Virus record (IMG/VR): IMGVR_UViG_3300046007_014223
Location: 18,802 to 82,801 of that record
Reading direction: 5' to 3' (one strand)
Length of the DNA: 64,000 bases
Source: a virus
Below, piece by piece: positions 55,701 through 64,000 of this stretch; the stretch's first letter is position 1; each line of letters begins with the position of its first letter. Below the pieces are notes generated by a model, which was given only the letters and a program-made list of their open reading frames with translations, had not been told where the DNA came from and searched no databases. Made by a program: the position numbers and the translations under genes.

Positions 55701-58359
55701 AATTGTTACCGGTACCTATAGTATTTTCACGACCCGCTGCACGACCAATGAAGTTGTTATAAGCTCCTGTAGTATTTGAAAGACCTGCCTCACATCCAAA
55801 GAAGTTATTATGACTACCTGTACTATTTAAAAAACCTGCACATAATCCTGCAAAAGTATTAAAATTACCTATACTATTAGAGCGTCCGGCTGATTTACCT
55901 ATGAAGATGTTGTAACTACCTGTTTGATTACAATATCCCGTATTACTTCCAATGAAAACATTATCAGTGCCAGTGTAATTATAATATCCAGAACATTGAC
56001 CCGCAAAGAAATTATTGCTCCCCAGACTATTATAATAACCTGATAATGCTCCAAAGAAAATATTAAATGTTCCTATTGTGTTACACGCACCTGCAGATCT
56101 ACCTATAAAAACATTACAACCCCCTGTAGTATTTTCGAATGCAGTTAAAGGTCCAAAGAAAATGTTATCATTGCCTGTAGTGTTTTTTCTACCAGTGCAA
56201 TCACCTAGAAAAATATTCCTTGCACCGGATGTATTTTCACATCCTGCGTTTACACCCATAAAAATATTTCTTAACCCCGTGGAGTTAGTGAATCCTGCAC
56301 ATCTGCCTGCAAAGAAATTATATTTTCCAAATGTTGTACAACGACCCGCATCTTGTCCGACAAAAATGTTGTGACAACCTGTTGCTGTTAATGCACAGGC
56401 ATCAACAACAGTAAAGTTCTTTTGTGCATCTAATGTTGCTCCACCAACCCCCGACAAATTTATTGCCACATTAGACGCTGCGGTAATACGACCTTGTGCA
56501 TCAACAGTGATTACTGGAATTATATTAGAACTTCCATAAGAATTAGCAGTAACTCCAGTATTTGTTAGACCAACAGTTATAACATTACCTTCATCTGCTG
56601 TACCTGTTGCTGTTATACCCGTTCCTGCGACAACACGATTTGTATAATTGCCTGTTGTATCTGTTCCTAAAGCGACAGAGTTTGCTCCAACAGTTAATGT
56701 TACATCTAATGAATTGGTATTTTGATTAGATAGATTCAGATTAGCTGTACCTGTTACATCACCCGTAAATCTTAAATTAACCGCAGGTTTGTTTGTTACT
56801 GTTCCGTAATTTCTATCAATTAATAGGTTAGATGCTGCAGTAATGCGTCCTGTAGCGTCAACAGTTACTTGTGATACTGCATTTGCATTGCCATAACTGC
56901 CCGCAGTTACACCACTGGTAGCTAATGCAACAGTAATAACATTACCTTCATCAGCAGTGCCCGTAGCAGTTAAACCGGTTCCTGCAACAACACGATTTGT
57001 ATAATTGCCTGTTGTATCTGTTCCTAAAGCGACAGAGTTTGCTCCAACAGTTAATGCAATCGATAATGAGTTAGTATTATTATTGGCAAGATTTACTCCC
57101 CCCGAACCTGTAACATCTCCTGTAAACGTTAAGTTAATTGAGGGTTTATTTGTATGATTTGCCCAATCAAGATAATATGTTCCTTGCTGGTTATCAAGCA
57201 GATCAGCATTTAAGTTAATTACAGTATTTGAATCAGTGACATTTATTCTATTTGAATATAAAATGTTTGCTGCAAAATTTGCTAATCTAAATGAAGCATT
57301 CGCTGTATCGATGTTAACATTTAACGATGGCTCTATAGGGTATTGATCAAATACTTTCCATATACCATTATCTGAAGCATCTCTAAAGAAACCCGCATGA
57401 ACATTAGAACCAGTATTATAATGCCCAATAATACCAAAATCAGTAACATCTGAAATATTATTCTTAGCAATTTGAATAAGATTATCTTCAATAATTAAGT
57501 TATTGGCTCCAATTGTTGTTACGTTGCCACTAAATGTAATATTACCTTGAAAATCGATGGGGCCAGTTACAAACTGTGCCGAACCTGCCGAAAGTCTTAA
57601 AAATCTAGAATCAAGATCTGTTGTTGTAACAGATGCTGCAGTCACATGCCCAAATGTATCAAATCCTAATGTTACATCTTGTATTACTACACCATTTGAA
57701 TTATCGCTTGAAACATTCGCAACTGAACTTGTATCAGCATGAGAAACAGTAATTACGTTACCTTCATCTGCTGTACCTGTAGCAGTAATACCCGTTCCTG
57801 CGACAACTCTATTAGTATAGTTTCCTGTTGTATCTGTTCCTAATGCTACACTATTCGCTTGAATCGTTGTTGTTATTGATATAACAGTTGAGTTAGCTGT
57901 CAAAACTGCGTTAGCAGAACCACTAACATCACCTGTTAATACTATATTAGCCGCAGGATCATTAACAAAATTATTATAATTTAAATAATACGTTGAATTT
58001 TGACCATCAAAAAGATCAGCATCTAATCCTGAACCTGCGCCGTCTACTTGCAAAATACTTGAAAGAAGATTTGCGTTACTGACTTCACCTGTAAAGGAAC
58101 CAACTGATATAACTGTTCCTTGAGAATTTACAGGAACCCATGCATTACTGGCAGTTAACCAAGTTAAGACTTGAGCATTTGCAGGTGCAGTGTTCGCTAC
58201 GCTACGCCCACGTAATCCGATAACCGTAGGAAAAAAGACATTTCCCCCGAGATCGCCACCAAGCTCGGTTTTGAATAAATTGAGGTTAGAAAAGTTATTA
58301 TCAACCTCAGAATTTGTTAAGGGCGTTCCCTTAACTAAACGTAACGTTACATTAGCCAT
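52747..58359 (-). CDS. Giant tail/virion fibre (1870 aa) with a long NTTG repeat array
   Basis: N-terminal LRLVKGTPLTNSEVDNNF attachment-type motif, shaft repeats, ~70 14-aa repeats, and a C-terminal KSFDIPHP...L.YGSLEGPE.GVY.RG...AERKD domain. Confidence 0.8.
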   Translation of the reverse strand: MANVTLRLVKGTPLTNSEVDNNFSNLNLFKTELGGDLGGNVFFPTVIGLRGRSVANTAPANAQVLTWLTASNAWVPVNSQGTVISVGSFTGEVSNANLLSSILQVDGAGSGLDADLFDGQNSTYYLNYNNFVNDPAANIVLTGDVSGSANAVLTANSTVISITTTIQANSVALGTDTTGNYTNRVVAGTGITATGTADEGNVITVSHADTSSVANVSSDNSNGVVIQDVTLGFDTFGHVTAASVTTTDLDSRFLRLSAGSAQFVTGPIDFQGNITFSGNVTTIGANNLIIEDNLIQIAKNNISDVTDFGIIGHYNTGSNVHAGFFRDASDNGIWKVFDQYPIEPSLNVNIDTANASFRLANFAANILYSNRINVTDSNTVINLNADLLDNQQGTYYLDWANHTNKPSINLTFTGDVTGSGGVNLANNNTNSLSIALTVGANSVALGTDTTGNYTNRVVAGTGLTATGTADEGNVITVALATSGVTAGSYGNANAVSQVTVDATGRITAASNLLIDRNYGTVTNKPAVNLRFTGDVTGTANLNLSNQNTNSLDVTLTVGANSVALGTDTTGNYTNRVVAGTGITATGTADEGNVITVGLTNTGVTANSYGSSNIIPVITVDAQGRITAASNVAINLSGVGGATLDAQKNFTVVDACALTATGCHNIFVGQDAGRCTTFGKYNFFAGRCAGFTNSTGLRNIFMGVNAGCENTSGARNIFLGDCTGRKNTTGNDNIFFGPLTAFENTTGGCNVFIGRSAGACNTIGTFNIFFGALSGYYNSLGSNNFFAGQCSGYYNYTGTDNVFIGSNTGYCNQTGSYNIFIGKSAGRSNSIGNFNTFAGLCAGFLNSTGSHNNFFGCEAGLSNTTGAYNNFIGRAAGRENTIGTGNNFFGNYAGRLNTGGNNNNFFGSAAGRGNTTGSYNNFFGGTAGRCNTTGSFNNFFGINSGCLNTTGSSNNFFGCEAGFLNTTGGSNNFIGRAAGRSNTTGSYNNFFGINAGCANTTGCYNTFIGRAAGRENTTGSNNNFFGNYAGRNNSTGCFNNFFGVSAGRCNTTGCSNNFFGVNAGCLNTTGNHNNFFGLNAGCLNTTGSSNSFFGCEAGLSNTTGCYNTFIGLSAGRCNTTGSLNNFFGRAAGRDNTTGCYNNFFGNYAGRLNTTGGSNNFFGPSAGLCNTTGNHNNFFGQAAGRSNTTGCYNTFIGINAGRCNTTGNNNNFFGANAGCLNTTGCLNNFFGVNAGCLNTTGCSNNFFGNSAGFSNTTANHNNFFGQAAGFSNTTGCSNNFFGVNAGCLNTTGNHNTFFGNSAGFSNTTGCYNTFIGSNAGRSNTTGNLNNFFGRSAGRCNTTGNENNFFGPEAGHCNTTGLRNNFFGANAGSSNTTGNSNNFFGVQAGCANTTGSYNNFIGHVAGSSNTTGNNNNFFGLSAGLCNTTGIRNNFFGSAAGRNNTTGASNNFFGLNAGCSNTTGCFNNFFGQEAGFSNTTGCYNTFIGQNAGRCNTTGNSNTFFGINAGRCNTTGCYNNFFGQGAGCLNTTGRSNNFIGPNAGCSNTIGSYNNFFGQNAGCGNTTGNSNNFLGPNAGLCNTTGNHNNLFGQAAGRSNTSGCYNNFFGINAGRCNTTGGNNNFFGPGAGCLNTTGNHNNFFGASAGLCNTTGSCNIFLGLNSGSDITTGNNNIILGSVSCTGATSNTIILATGSIVRYLHDGANSNTTLTGNVLSNIYFSSSNVSYFLEPAATNKSLIVAGNVGIRTINPTYALEVNGSFAATTKSFDIPHPSVEGKRLVYGSLEGPENGVYVRGKLTEKEMGVIELPYYWKNLVSIDSITVNITPIGKHQKLYVDKITENCVVIKNDNLLDKKIECFYMIFAERKDVNKLVVEK
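53400..56375 (-). repeat. Tandem 42-bp (14-aa) coding repeat array, ~70 units
   Basis: Consensus AG.(C/S)NTTG.(Y/N)NNFFG..; the unit count is estimated from span/42. Related arrays lie at ~47320-48520 and ~60670-63560. Confidence 0.9.
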
Positions 58360-58366
58360 GTATTAA

Positions 58367-58813
58367 TTAGCTATTGCTAACAGTCCACGTAATCGATAAT
58401 GTATCTGCTGTGCCTTTATTAACAACGTCAAATACTGTACGACAAAGCATTTCACCTGCAACTGCAGCGTTAAAAATTGCAGCTTCGGTGATTGCATTTG
58501 CAGTTGCAGGTGTACCTGGATTGAATGTCGCTACATATGTTACTACGTTTGCATTAGCTGTGCCTGATGTTAACGTTACGCGAGCAGTTTCAGTTCCTAA
58601 AGTTGTATTGTTAAGAGCCGCCGCAGTATTATTTGTTCCGATAGCCATGTGTGACATGATAACGTTCGAATTACTTGCCATGCGATTAGCAATATAATTT
58701 CTACCCGTTTGTACAACAAGATTAGGAACTTTAAAATTTTGTTTTATATTCCCATCACCGTCTATTAAAACAACATCAAGTGATCCTATTGTTTCGATTT
58801 TATCTTTAATCAT
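58367..58813 (-). CDS. Small virion structural protein (tail-fibre N-terminal-like fold)
   Basis: NLVVQTG...MAIGT...L.TE..R...YVATF..G...AITEAAIFNA...MLCRTVF.VVNK...L.ITW, a recurrent phage structural family. Confidence 0.65.
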   Translation of the reverse strand: MIKDKIETIGSLDVVLIDGDGNIKQNFKVPNLVVQTGRNYIANRMASNSNVIMSHMAIGTNNTAAALNNTTLGTETARVTLTSGTANANVVTYVATFNPGTPATANAITEAAIFNAAVAGEMLCRTVFDVVNKGTADTLSITWTVSNS

Positions 58814-58822
58814 AATTTTCCC

Positions 58823-59911
58823 TTAGGTGAAAGTTCTTGATTCTCCTACATAGTCCTCGAGGAAGTATGTATTATCTACTGTATACCCTTGAGATATGAG
58901 AGATCCGCTACTTGATATGTTTAAAACATCAGATAACTTTTTATTAACTGCATTATTTATAGCATCTTGGGTTTGAAAAAAATCTGATTTAGGTGTAGTA
59001 AAAGTGTATTTAGGTGCATCAGAAAGTATAGGTAAATCTTGTAAAACTTTGTTTGAAATTTTTGTAAGTGTGTCGTTAAACACACCCAAATCGTTTAAAC
59101 GCTTACCTATATTTTTAACTGGTGAGTCTGTAAACAAAGAGGCTTCTTGTAAAAGTTTTGTTACAGTTTTAAAAGGAGAATCTGTTGAGAATGAAAAGTC
59201 TTGTGGGCGTTTAATAAAACTTAACGCTAAAATTTCATTAACTAACGAATCATCCAATAAACTCTTCGTCACTTGTTTTCTTGTTTCATCACCACTTAAT
59301 TTTGAATCTGATAAAACTTTACCAAAACTTTTTACAGGAATATCAGTTGAATTTGTAAAATCTTGTAAGCTCTTACCGAATGTAACAACAAAAATTTCAT
59401 TTAACGTTATTAATTCTTCGAGAAGCTTTGTTACACTTAATCTTGTTGAATCTGACCTTTGAGTTACATCTGATAAAGGTTTTTGTAATTGTAAGGCGGG
59501 AATGTCTGAGACATTGAAGGTATCTGATGCAGATTTTATTAAACTTATAACCTTTGAGTCAGAAAATACGATGGGTTCATCAAAGGATTTTGAAACGTTT
59601 AAGATAACAATATCAACTTGTGAAATTTGTTCGTCAAAAAATCTGTTGTACAAAACTTGTCGGATGAAATCATCAAATGATGTATAATCATCAGATAAAG
59701 ATTTTTCTTTGAGAAGTCCACCTTCAAATATGATGGTGCCCTGCACTATTTCAGGGCGAACTATACCTTTTAATACAGGATCAGTGGATATTACTAATCC
59801 TGTCTTATCTTCTGTGGTTAGTAATACGCTTTTGCGTATTTGTTCATCAGATAAAATTGTTCCTGATGTCTTGTTATTTAAAACAAGAATTGTAGCTTTC
59901 TTAACACTCAC
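58823..59911 (-). CDS. Putative structural protein with ~15 tandem 18-aa repeats
   Basis: Period-18 K-x-(L/F)-x-(D/E)-x5-(D/E) units; GTG start. Confidence 0.65.
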   Translation of the reverse strand: MSVKKATILVLNNKTSGTILSDEQIRKSVLLTTEDKTGLVISTDPVLKGIVRPEIVQGTIIFEGGLLKEKSLSDDYTSFDDFIRQVLYNRFFDEQISQVDIVILNVSKSFDEPIVFSDSKVISLIKSASDTFNVSDIPALQLQKPLSDVTQRSDSTRLSVTKLLEELITLNEIFVVTFGKSLQDFTNSTDIPVKSFGKVLSDSKLSGDETRKQVTKSLLDDSLVNEILALSFIKRPQDFSFSTDSPFKTVTKLLQEASLFTDSPVKNIGKRLNDLGVFNDTLTKISNKVLQDLPILSDAPKYTFTTPKSDFFQTQDAINNAVNKKLSDVLNISSSGSLISQGYTVDNTYFLEDYVGESRTFT

Positions 59912-59914
59912 AAA

Positions 59915-60247
59915 TTACCTTGTAACTTGAGGATAAACAGTTATTATGCCTTCAATTGGTCTTAAAACAACCCCTGCACTTGATATTTCAACATCATAAA
60001 CGTATCTTCCATATTTAAGATTAGCCGTTTGTGAAGGTGTTAATGTTAATGTGAGAGTTCCGTTTGCAGCTTGGAAAACATTAGAGGTAAAGGTAGCAGA
60101 CACAGTGTTAGTTGCATAGTTTCGGCGAATTTGCGCCGCAGGTGTATATCCTGCCAAATCAAAAACAGACCCATCTTCGCCAAAAATTTGCACTGTTGCA
60201 TTAAAAGAAGCACCTTGATCGATGTACAGATTGTTTACTGTTCCCAT
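59915..60247 (-). CDS. Small virion structural protein (BppU-like Ig fold)
   Basis: NLYIDQGASF, DLAGYT..AQIRR.Y, GTLTLTL...QT..L..GRYVYDV, EG.ITV.P.VTR. Confidence 0.7.
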   Translation of the reverse strand: MGTVNNLYIDQGASFNATVQIFGEDGSVFDLAGYTPAAQIRRNYATNTVSATFTSNVFQAANGTLTLTLTPSQTANLKYGRYVYDVEISSAGVVLRPIEGIITVYPQVTR

Positions 60248-63200
60248 TATAGTCTCTTTTTAAGTTCTTCTACTTCAGCTTTCAAGGCCTCATAATCTTT
60301 TGTAAGCTCTTTAATTGCATTAACTAAGACAGGTATGATATAGTCAGGTGTTAACGAAAGTTTTTCTGTATCATCTATACTTGCGATTACAGGATTATCA
60401 CCCTCAAGTTGTGATATTTCTTGTGCACTAAATCCGTATCTCTTTCTGGTATCAGAAATTTCACCGGTTTCACGGTTTTTAAATGAGTAAGCGATAGGAT
60501 TAACATTACTTAAAAATCCCTTACCATGAGGTACAGGGCCAAATATACACTTATCGCGAATATCAGACACTGTTGACCAACCAATTTGAATTTGAGCGCA
60601 AGTGTGGGCGCTATTGCCCATAATGATACGGTTAGATTGTGTGGTAATGTTAGCAAGGCCAGTAGCTCCTACCCCGCTGTAGGATCCAAAAAATAGATTA
60701 TTACTACCTGTAGTATTTGCACAACCTGCACGATCTCCGAAGAAGTTATTATTATTACCTGTGGTGTTATAAAATCCTGTAGCTTTGCCTAAGAATGTAT
60801 TATTGTAACCTGTGGTGTTACATGCACCTGCCGCTTGCCCCATGAAGTTATTATCATTGGCTGTTGTACGATAACCCGCTCTTTCCCCAAAGAAGTTGTT
60901 ATATTTCCCTGTGGTATTAAAATATCCTGCGTTACATCCAAAGAAATTATTATAAGATCCAGTTGTATTACAATATCCTGTAGAATTTCCAAAGAAGATA
61001 TTAAATTTACCTGTTGTGTTATAACGACCCGCATCAGCCCCAAAGAAGGTATTGCAAGCGCCTATTGTATTTGAACAACCTGCTGCACTACCTATAAAAA
61101 TATTTTTAGCACCTGTTGTGTTGTTACGACCAGCTAAATTGCCCAGGAAAACATTATTATCGCCGATGGTATTAGAAAGACCAGCACTATGTCCGATGAA
61201 AATGTTTCTTGTTCCTGTCGTGTTGCTGTACCCAGCACCTAACCCTGCAAAAAAATTATAATTGCCTGTTGTATTGTATTTTCCTGCACTATCTCCGAGG
61301 AAAATATTTCTATTACCTGTCGTTGTGTCTCTACCTGCTTGTTCACCAATAATAATATTATCTTGAGCTGTTGTGACATTAGCTCCTGCACAAAAACCTA
61401 CAAAGAAATTTCTGGATCCTGATGTTATTGAGTTACCAGCTAAACAACCTAAAGTTATATTTTTTAAACAAGAGTCAATCTTAAATTTTGAGGTACCTCC
61501 CGTAGCCATTATAATGACGTTACTGGTAGAAGCAGTTAATCCAACATTTCCTGTGACACAACCAAAGATAATATTATCATTACCTGTTACAATGTTTCCA
61601 CCACCGCAACAGCCGAGAATAATATTTCTAGAGCCGCTAACTAAACAAGCACCTGCTTCAGATCCGATGATGTTATTATGATTACCGTCAGCTAACATGT
61701 ATCCGCCACGATAACCTATAATGTTATTTAAAGATCCGCTGTTAACTGACGCCGCAGCACACAGTCCAAAGAAGTTATTACAACTTCCAGATGAATTAAA
61801 ATATCCTGCGAAAGATCCAATGAAATTGTTATATTTCCCCGATGAACCGATAGTTCCCGCCCCTGCGCTAACTCCAAAATAGTTATTATAACATCCCGTT
61901 GTAACACCACTGCCCGCTGAGGATCCTATGAAAGAATTATTTCGTCCAGTAGATATACGAATACCCGAACAAGTACCCAAATTAATATTATTGCACACAC
62001 CATCTATTTCAAGTCTCGGTACCCCTCCCGTAGACATAATAATCACGTTACTGGTAGAGGATGTTAACCCCACGCAAGAAGTTAAGCAACCGAAAATTAT
62101 ATTATCATTACCAGTAGCTACATTACCTCCTGAATAATGTCCTAAGTAAATGTGTCTTGAGCCTGAAGTGTTTGTGTCTCCTGCATAACAACCCATGAAT
62201 ATATTATGGCAACCTGTTGTGTTCAAGAACCCGGAACATAATCCAGCGAAGAAATTATGACAGCCTGTAGTATTACAAAAACCTGTACATAGACCAAAAA
62301 AGTTATTATAACAACCTGAAGTATTACGAAAACCTGAATAACTTCCGATGAAGTTATTATTTTTTCCTGCAAGATTACAATTACCTGTATTTCTTCCAAA
62401 GAAGTTATTGCAACTTCCGGTTGTATTAAAACGACCAGCACTTCTTCCAAAGAAGTTATTATAACAACCTGATGTATTACTATAGCCAGAAAGAGTTCCA
62501 AAGAAAAAATTATTATTCGGTGCATCAACCTTAACTATTTGACTACCACCAGTAGCCATAATAATGACGTTACTAGTAGCATCAGACAATCCAACACAAG
62601 AGGCTAAGCAACCAAATATGATATTATCATTGCCTGTTGTTACATTACCTCCTGAATAAACCCCCAAGTAAATGTTTCTATCACCTGTTGTGTTTTCACA
62701 TCCTGAAAAGTTGCCTAAAAATGTGTTACACCTTCCTGTGGTGTTCAATGCCCCGGTTGCATATCCAAAGAATACGTTATTAGAACCAGAGCAATTTTTA
62801 CGCCCAGCTATAGCACCTACAAATGAATTTTGTGCAGCTCCTGCACAAGAATTGCATCTTCCTGCCTGATTGCCGATAAAAACATTATTATTTGTAGTTA
62901 TATTGCAGTGTCCGGCGTATTTACCCAAAAATACATTATCATTTCCGGTTGTATTACATGATCCTGCACAACTTCCTAGAAATACATTATACGCCCCGTT
63001 AGTATTTCTTAAACCTGCACAATGACCTGCAAAAAAGTTTCTGCAGCCAATGGTATTGCAACCCCCAGCGAAAGCCCCAATGAAGGTGTTATAAATTCCA
63101 GTGGTGTTTCTATATCCAGCATTACTACCCATAAAGATATTATAGTTACCTCTTGTATTATACCTTCCAGCATCTTTTCCTATAAAGGTGTTGTACGATC

Positions 63201-63999
63201 CTGTAGTAGTAGCCATCCCTGCACGTAAACCAAAGAAGGTATTATGGACAGCTGTTAGACCTGGAATAGGTCCTGCTTTAATTGAACTTACCCCGGCACA
63301 TTCACCAACATAAAAATTAGTATAGTTCCCCGCAACATAAAGCCGTGTAATACCCGCCGTTGACATAATTATTTGGTTAGAATCTATGGTAGAGTTATTA
63401 TTAAACCATATATTACCTGTGACACACCCAAAGATAATATTATCACTACCTGTTGTAATATTACCCCCTGCACATGTTCCAACGAGGAAATTTCTACTGC
63501 CTGAGGTAATTAAATTGCCTGCACAAGCCCCGAGGATTGTGTTAAATCCTCCTGATGTTATCTTAAATCCTGAACCAGGCCCAACAATAAAGTTTGGATT
63601 TGAAGTAGTTAAACTTCCAACTGAGGTTTGTGTACATGAGAAAATTGTTTCGTTAGTTTTGTCAAATTGTTGAGTTACGGCCGGAGCAGATGTGCAATAT
63701 GTTGCTGTTGTAACTGCAGTCACGTGACCGCGATCATCAACTGTAATAGATGCAATACCTGAACCGCCTTGTGCTCCAGTTAAAGTAGAGGTATCAGCGT
63801 GATTAACTGTAATTACATTACCTTCATCATTATTGCCTGTAACAGTGATTGCAGTTCCCGCTACAACTCTATCAGTATAGTTTCCTGACGTATTAGTTCC
63901 AAGTGCAATATCAATTGTCGTATCACTTGCACTTGTTATTCTACCTGTTCTATCAACAGTGAATGTACCTACACTGCTAGCTGTACCATATGTCGCTGG
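60247..63999 (-). CDS. Third long fibre protein with NTTG repeats and an S74-like chaperone; 5' end beyond the window
   Basis: The frame continues upstream of the track's GTG at 63723 with the same shaft motifs (ALGTNTSGNYTDRVVAGT...HADTS). Its C-terminus VSDIRDKCIFGPVPHG.GFL...YGFSAQE is highly similar to that of 46878-51086. Confidence 0.8.
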   Translation of the reverse strand, partial: PATYGTASSVGTFTVDRTGRITSASDTTIDIALGTNTSGNYTDRVVAGTAITVTGNNDEGNVITVNHADTSTLTGAQGGSGIASITVDDRGHVTAVTTATYCTSAPAVTQQFDKTNETIFSCTQTSVGSLTTSNPNFIVGPGSGFKITSGGFNTILGACAGNLITSGSRNFLVGTCAGGNITTGSDNIIFGCVTGNIWFNNNSTIDSNQIIMSTAGITRLYVAGNYTNFYVGECAGVSSIKAGPIPGLTAVHNTFFGLRAGMATTTGSYNTFIGKDAGRYNTRGNYNIFMGSNAGYRNTTGIYNTFIGAFAGGCNTIGCRNFFAGHCAGLRNTNGAYNVFLGSCAGSCNTTGNDNVFLGKYAGHCNITTNNNVFIGNQAGRCNSCAGAAQNSFVGAIAGRKNCSGSNNVFFGYATGALNTTGRCNTFLGNFSGCENTTGDRNIYLGVYSGGNVTTGNDNIIFGCLASCVGLSDATSNVIIMATGGSQIVKVDAPNNNFFFGTLSGYSNTSGCYNNFFGRSAGRFNTTGSCNNFFGRNTGNCNLAGKNNNFIGSYSGFRNTSGCYNNFFGLCTGFCNTTGCHNFFAGLCSGFLNTTGCHNIFMGCYAGDTNTSGSRHIYLGHYSGGNVATGNDNIIFGCLTSCVGLTSSTSNVIIMSTGGVPRLEIDGVCNNINLGTCSGIRISTGRNNSFIGSSAGSGVTTGCYNNYFGVSAGAGTIGSSGKYNNFIGSFAGYFNSSGSCNNFFGLCAAASVNSGSLNNIIGYRGGYMLADGNHNNIIGSEAGACLVSGSRNIILGCCGGGNIVTGNDNIIFGCVTGNVGLTASTSNVIIMATGGTSKFKIDSCLKNITLGCLAGNSITSGSRNFFVGFCAGANVTTAQDNIIIGEQAGRDTTTGNRNIFLGDSAGKYNTTGNYNFFAGLGAGYSNTTGTRNIFIGHSAGLSNTIGDNNVFLGNLAGRNNTTGAKNIFIGSAAGCSNTIGACNTFFGADAGRYNTTGKFNIFFGNSTGYCNTTGSYNNFFGCNAGYFNTTGKYNNFFGERAGYRTTANDNNFMGQAAGACNTTGYNNTFLGKATGFYNTTGNNNNFFGDRAGCANTTGSNNLFFGSYSGVGATGLANITTQSNRIIMGNSAHTCAQIQIGWSTVSDIRDKCIFGPVPHGKGFLSNVNPIAYSFKNRETGEISDTRKRYGFSAQEISQLEGDNPVIASIDDTEKLSLTPDYIIPVLVNAIKELTKDYEALKAEVEELKKRL

Positions 64000-64000
64000 A

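Noticed and set aside
53400-56375. CRISPR-like regular repeats
   Set aside because: The units are degenerate 42-bp in-frame coding repeats with no constant repeat/unique spacer structure, and no cas genes are present.
46878-63999. Diversity-generating retroelement or invertible shufflon acting on the fibres
   Set aside because: No reverse transcriptase or recombinase is in the window. All repeats are direct and within ORFs, and I saw no non-coding template copy with adenine-specific mismatches.
1-64000. tRNA/rRNA genes, introns, inteins, homing endonucleases, integrase or stop-codon reassignment
   Set aside because: Intergenic gaps are short and show no cloverleaf. Core genes (gp17, gp20, gp23, gp46, uvsW) are uninterrupted and of normal length in the standard code.

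Overview
A 64-kb segment of a large T4-like myovirus genome, of the cyanophage/pelagiphage/aquatic T4-like type. It is almost entirely encoded on the minus strand. Contents in window order: (1) 1-10.6 kb: a nucleotide-sugar and glycosyltransferase island (gmd, fcl/colC, ColD-like and RfbH/DdhC-like 3-dehydratases, a GT10 fucosyltransferase, other GTs, an aldolase, and a convergent plus-strand SDR + AroB-like cyclase), headed by a perfect T4 late promoter. (2) 10.7-14 kb: a MoxR AAA+ / zincin-vWA pair, each gene with its own sigma70-type promoter. (3) Peptide deformylase and gp46/gp47. (4) 17.4-23.7 kb: a complete 7-deazaguanine DNA-modification cassette (queE, folE, dpdA, queF, queC, stand-alone class II glutamine amidotransferase, queD, yhhQ). 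(5) gp55, uvsW, uvsY, gp3 and the T4 virion core gp23-22-21-(67)-20-19-18-17-16-15-14-13. (6) 41.6-46.9 kb: a second island with an APS-kinase/HxGH fusion, a sulfotransferase and four GT-like genes. (7) 46.9-64 kb: three large Asn/Thr/Cys-rich fibre genes built from 14-aa NTTG repeats, two LamG proteins and small structural genes. The most interesting hypothesis is a late-expressed, phage-encoded system that glycosylates and sulfates the virion, possibly with unusual dideoxy or carbocyclic sugars. All calls come from motif recognition and gene order by eye; no database searches were run.
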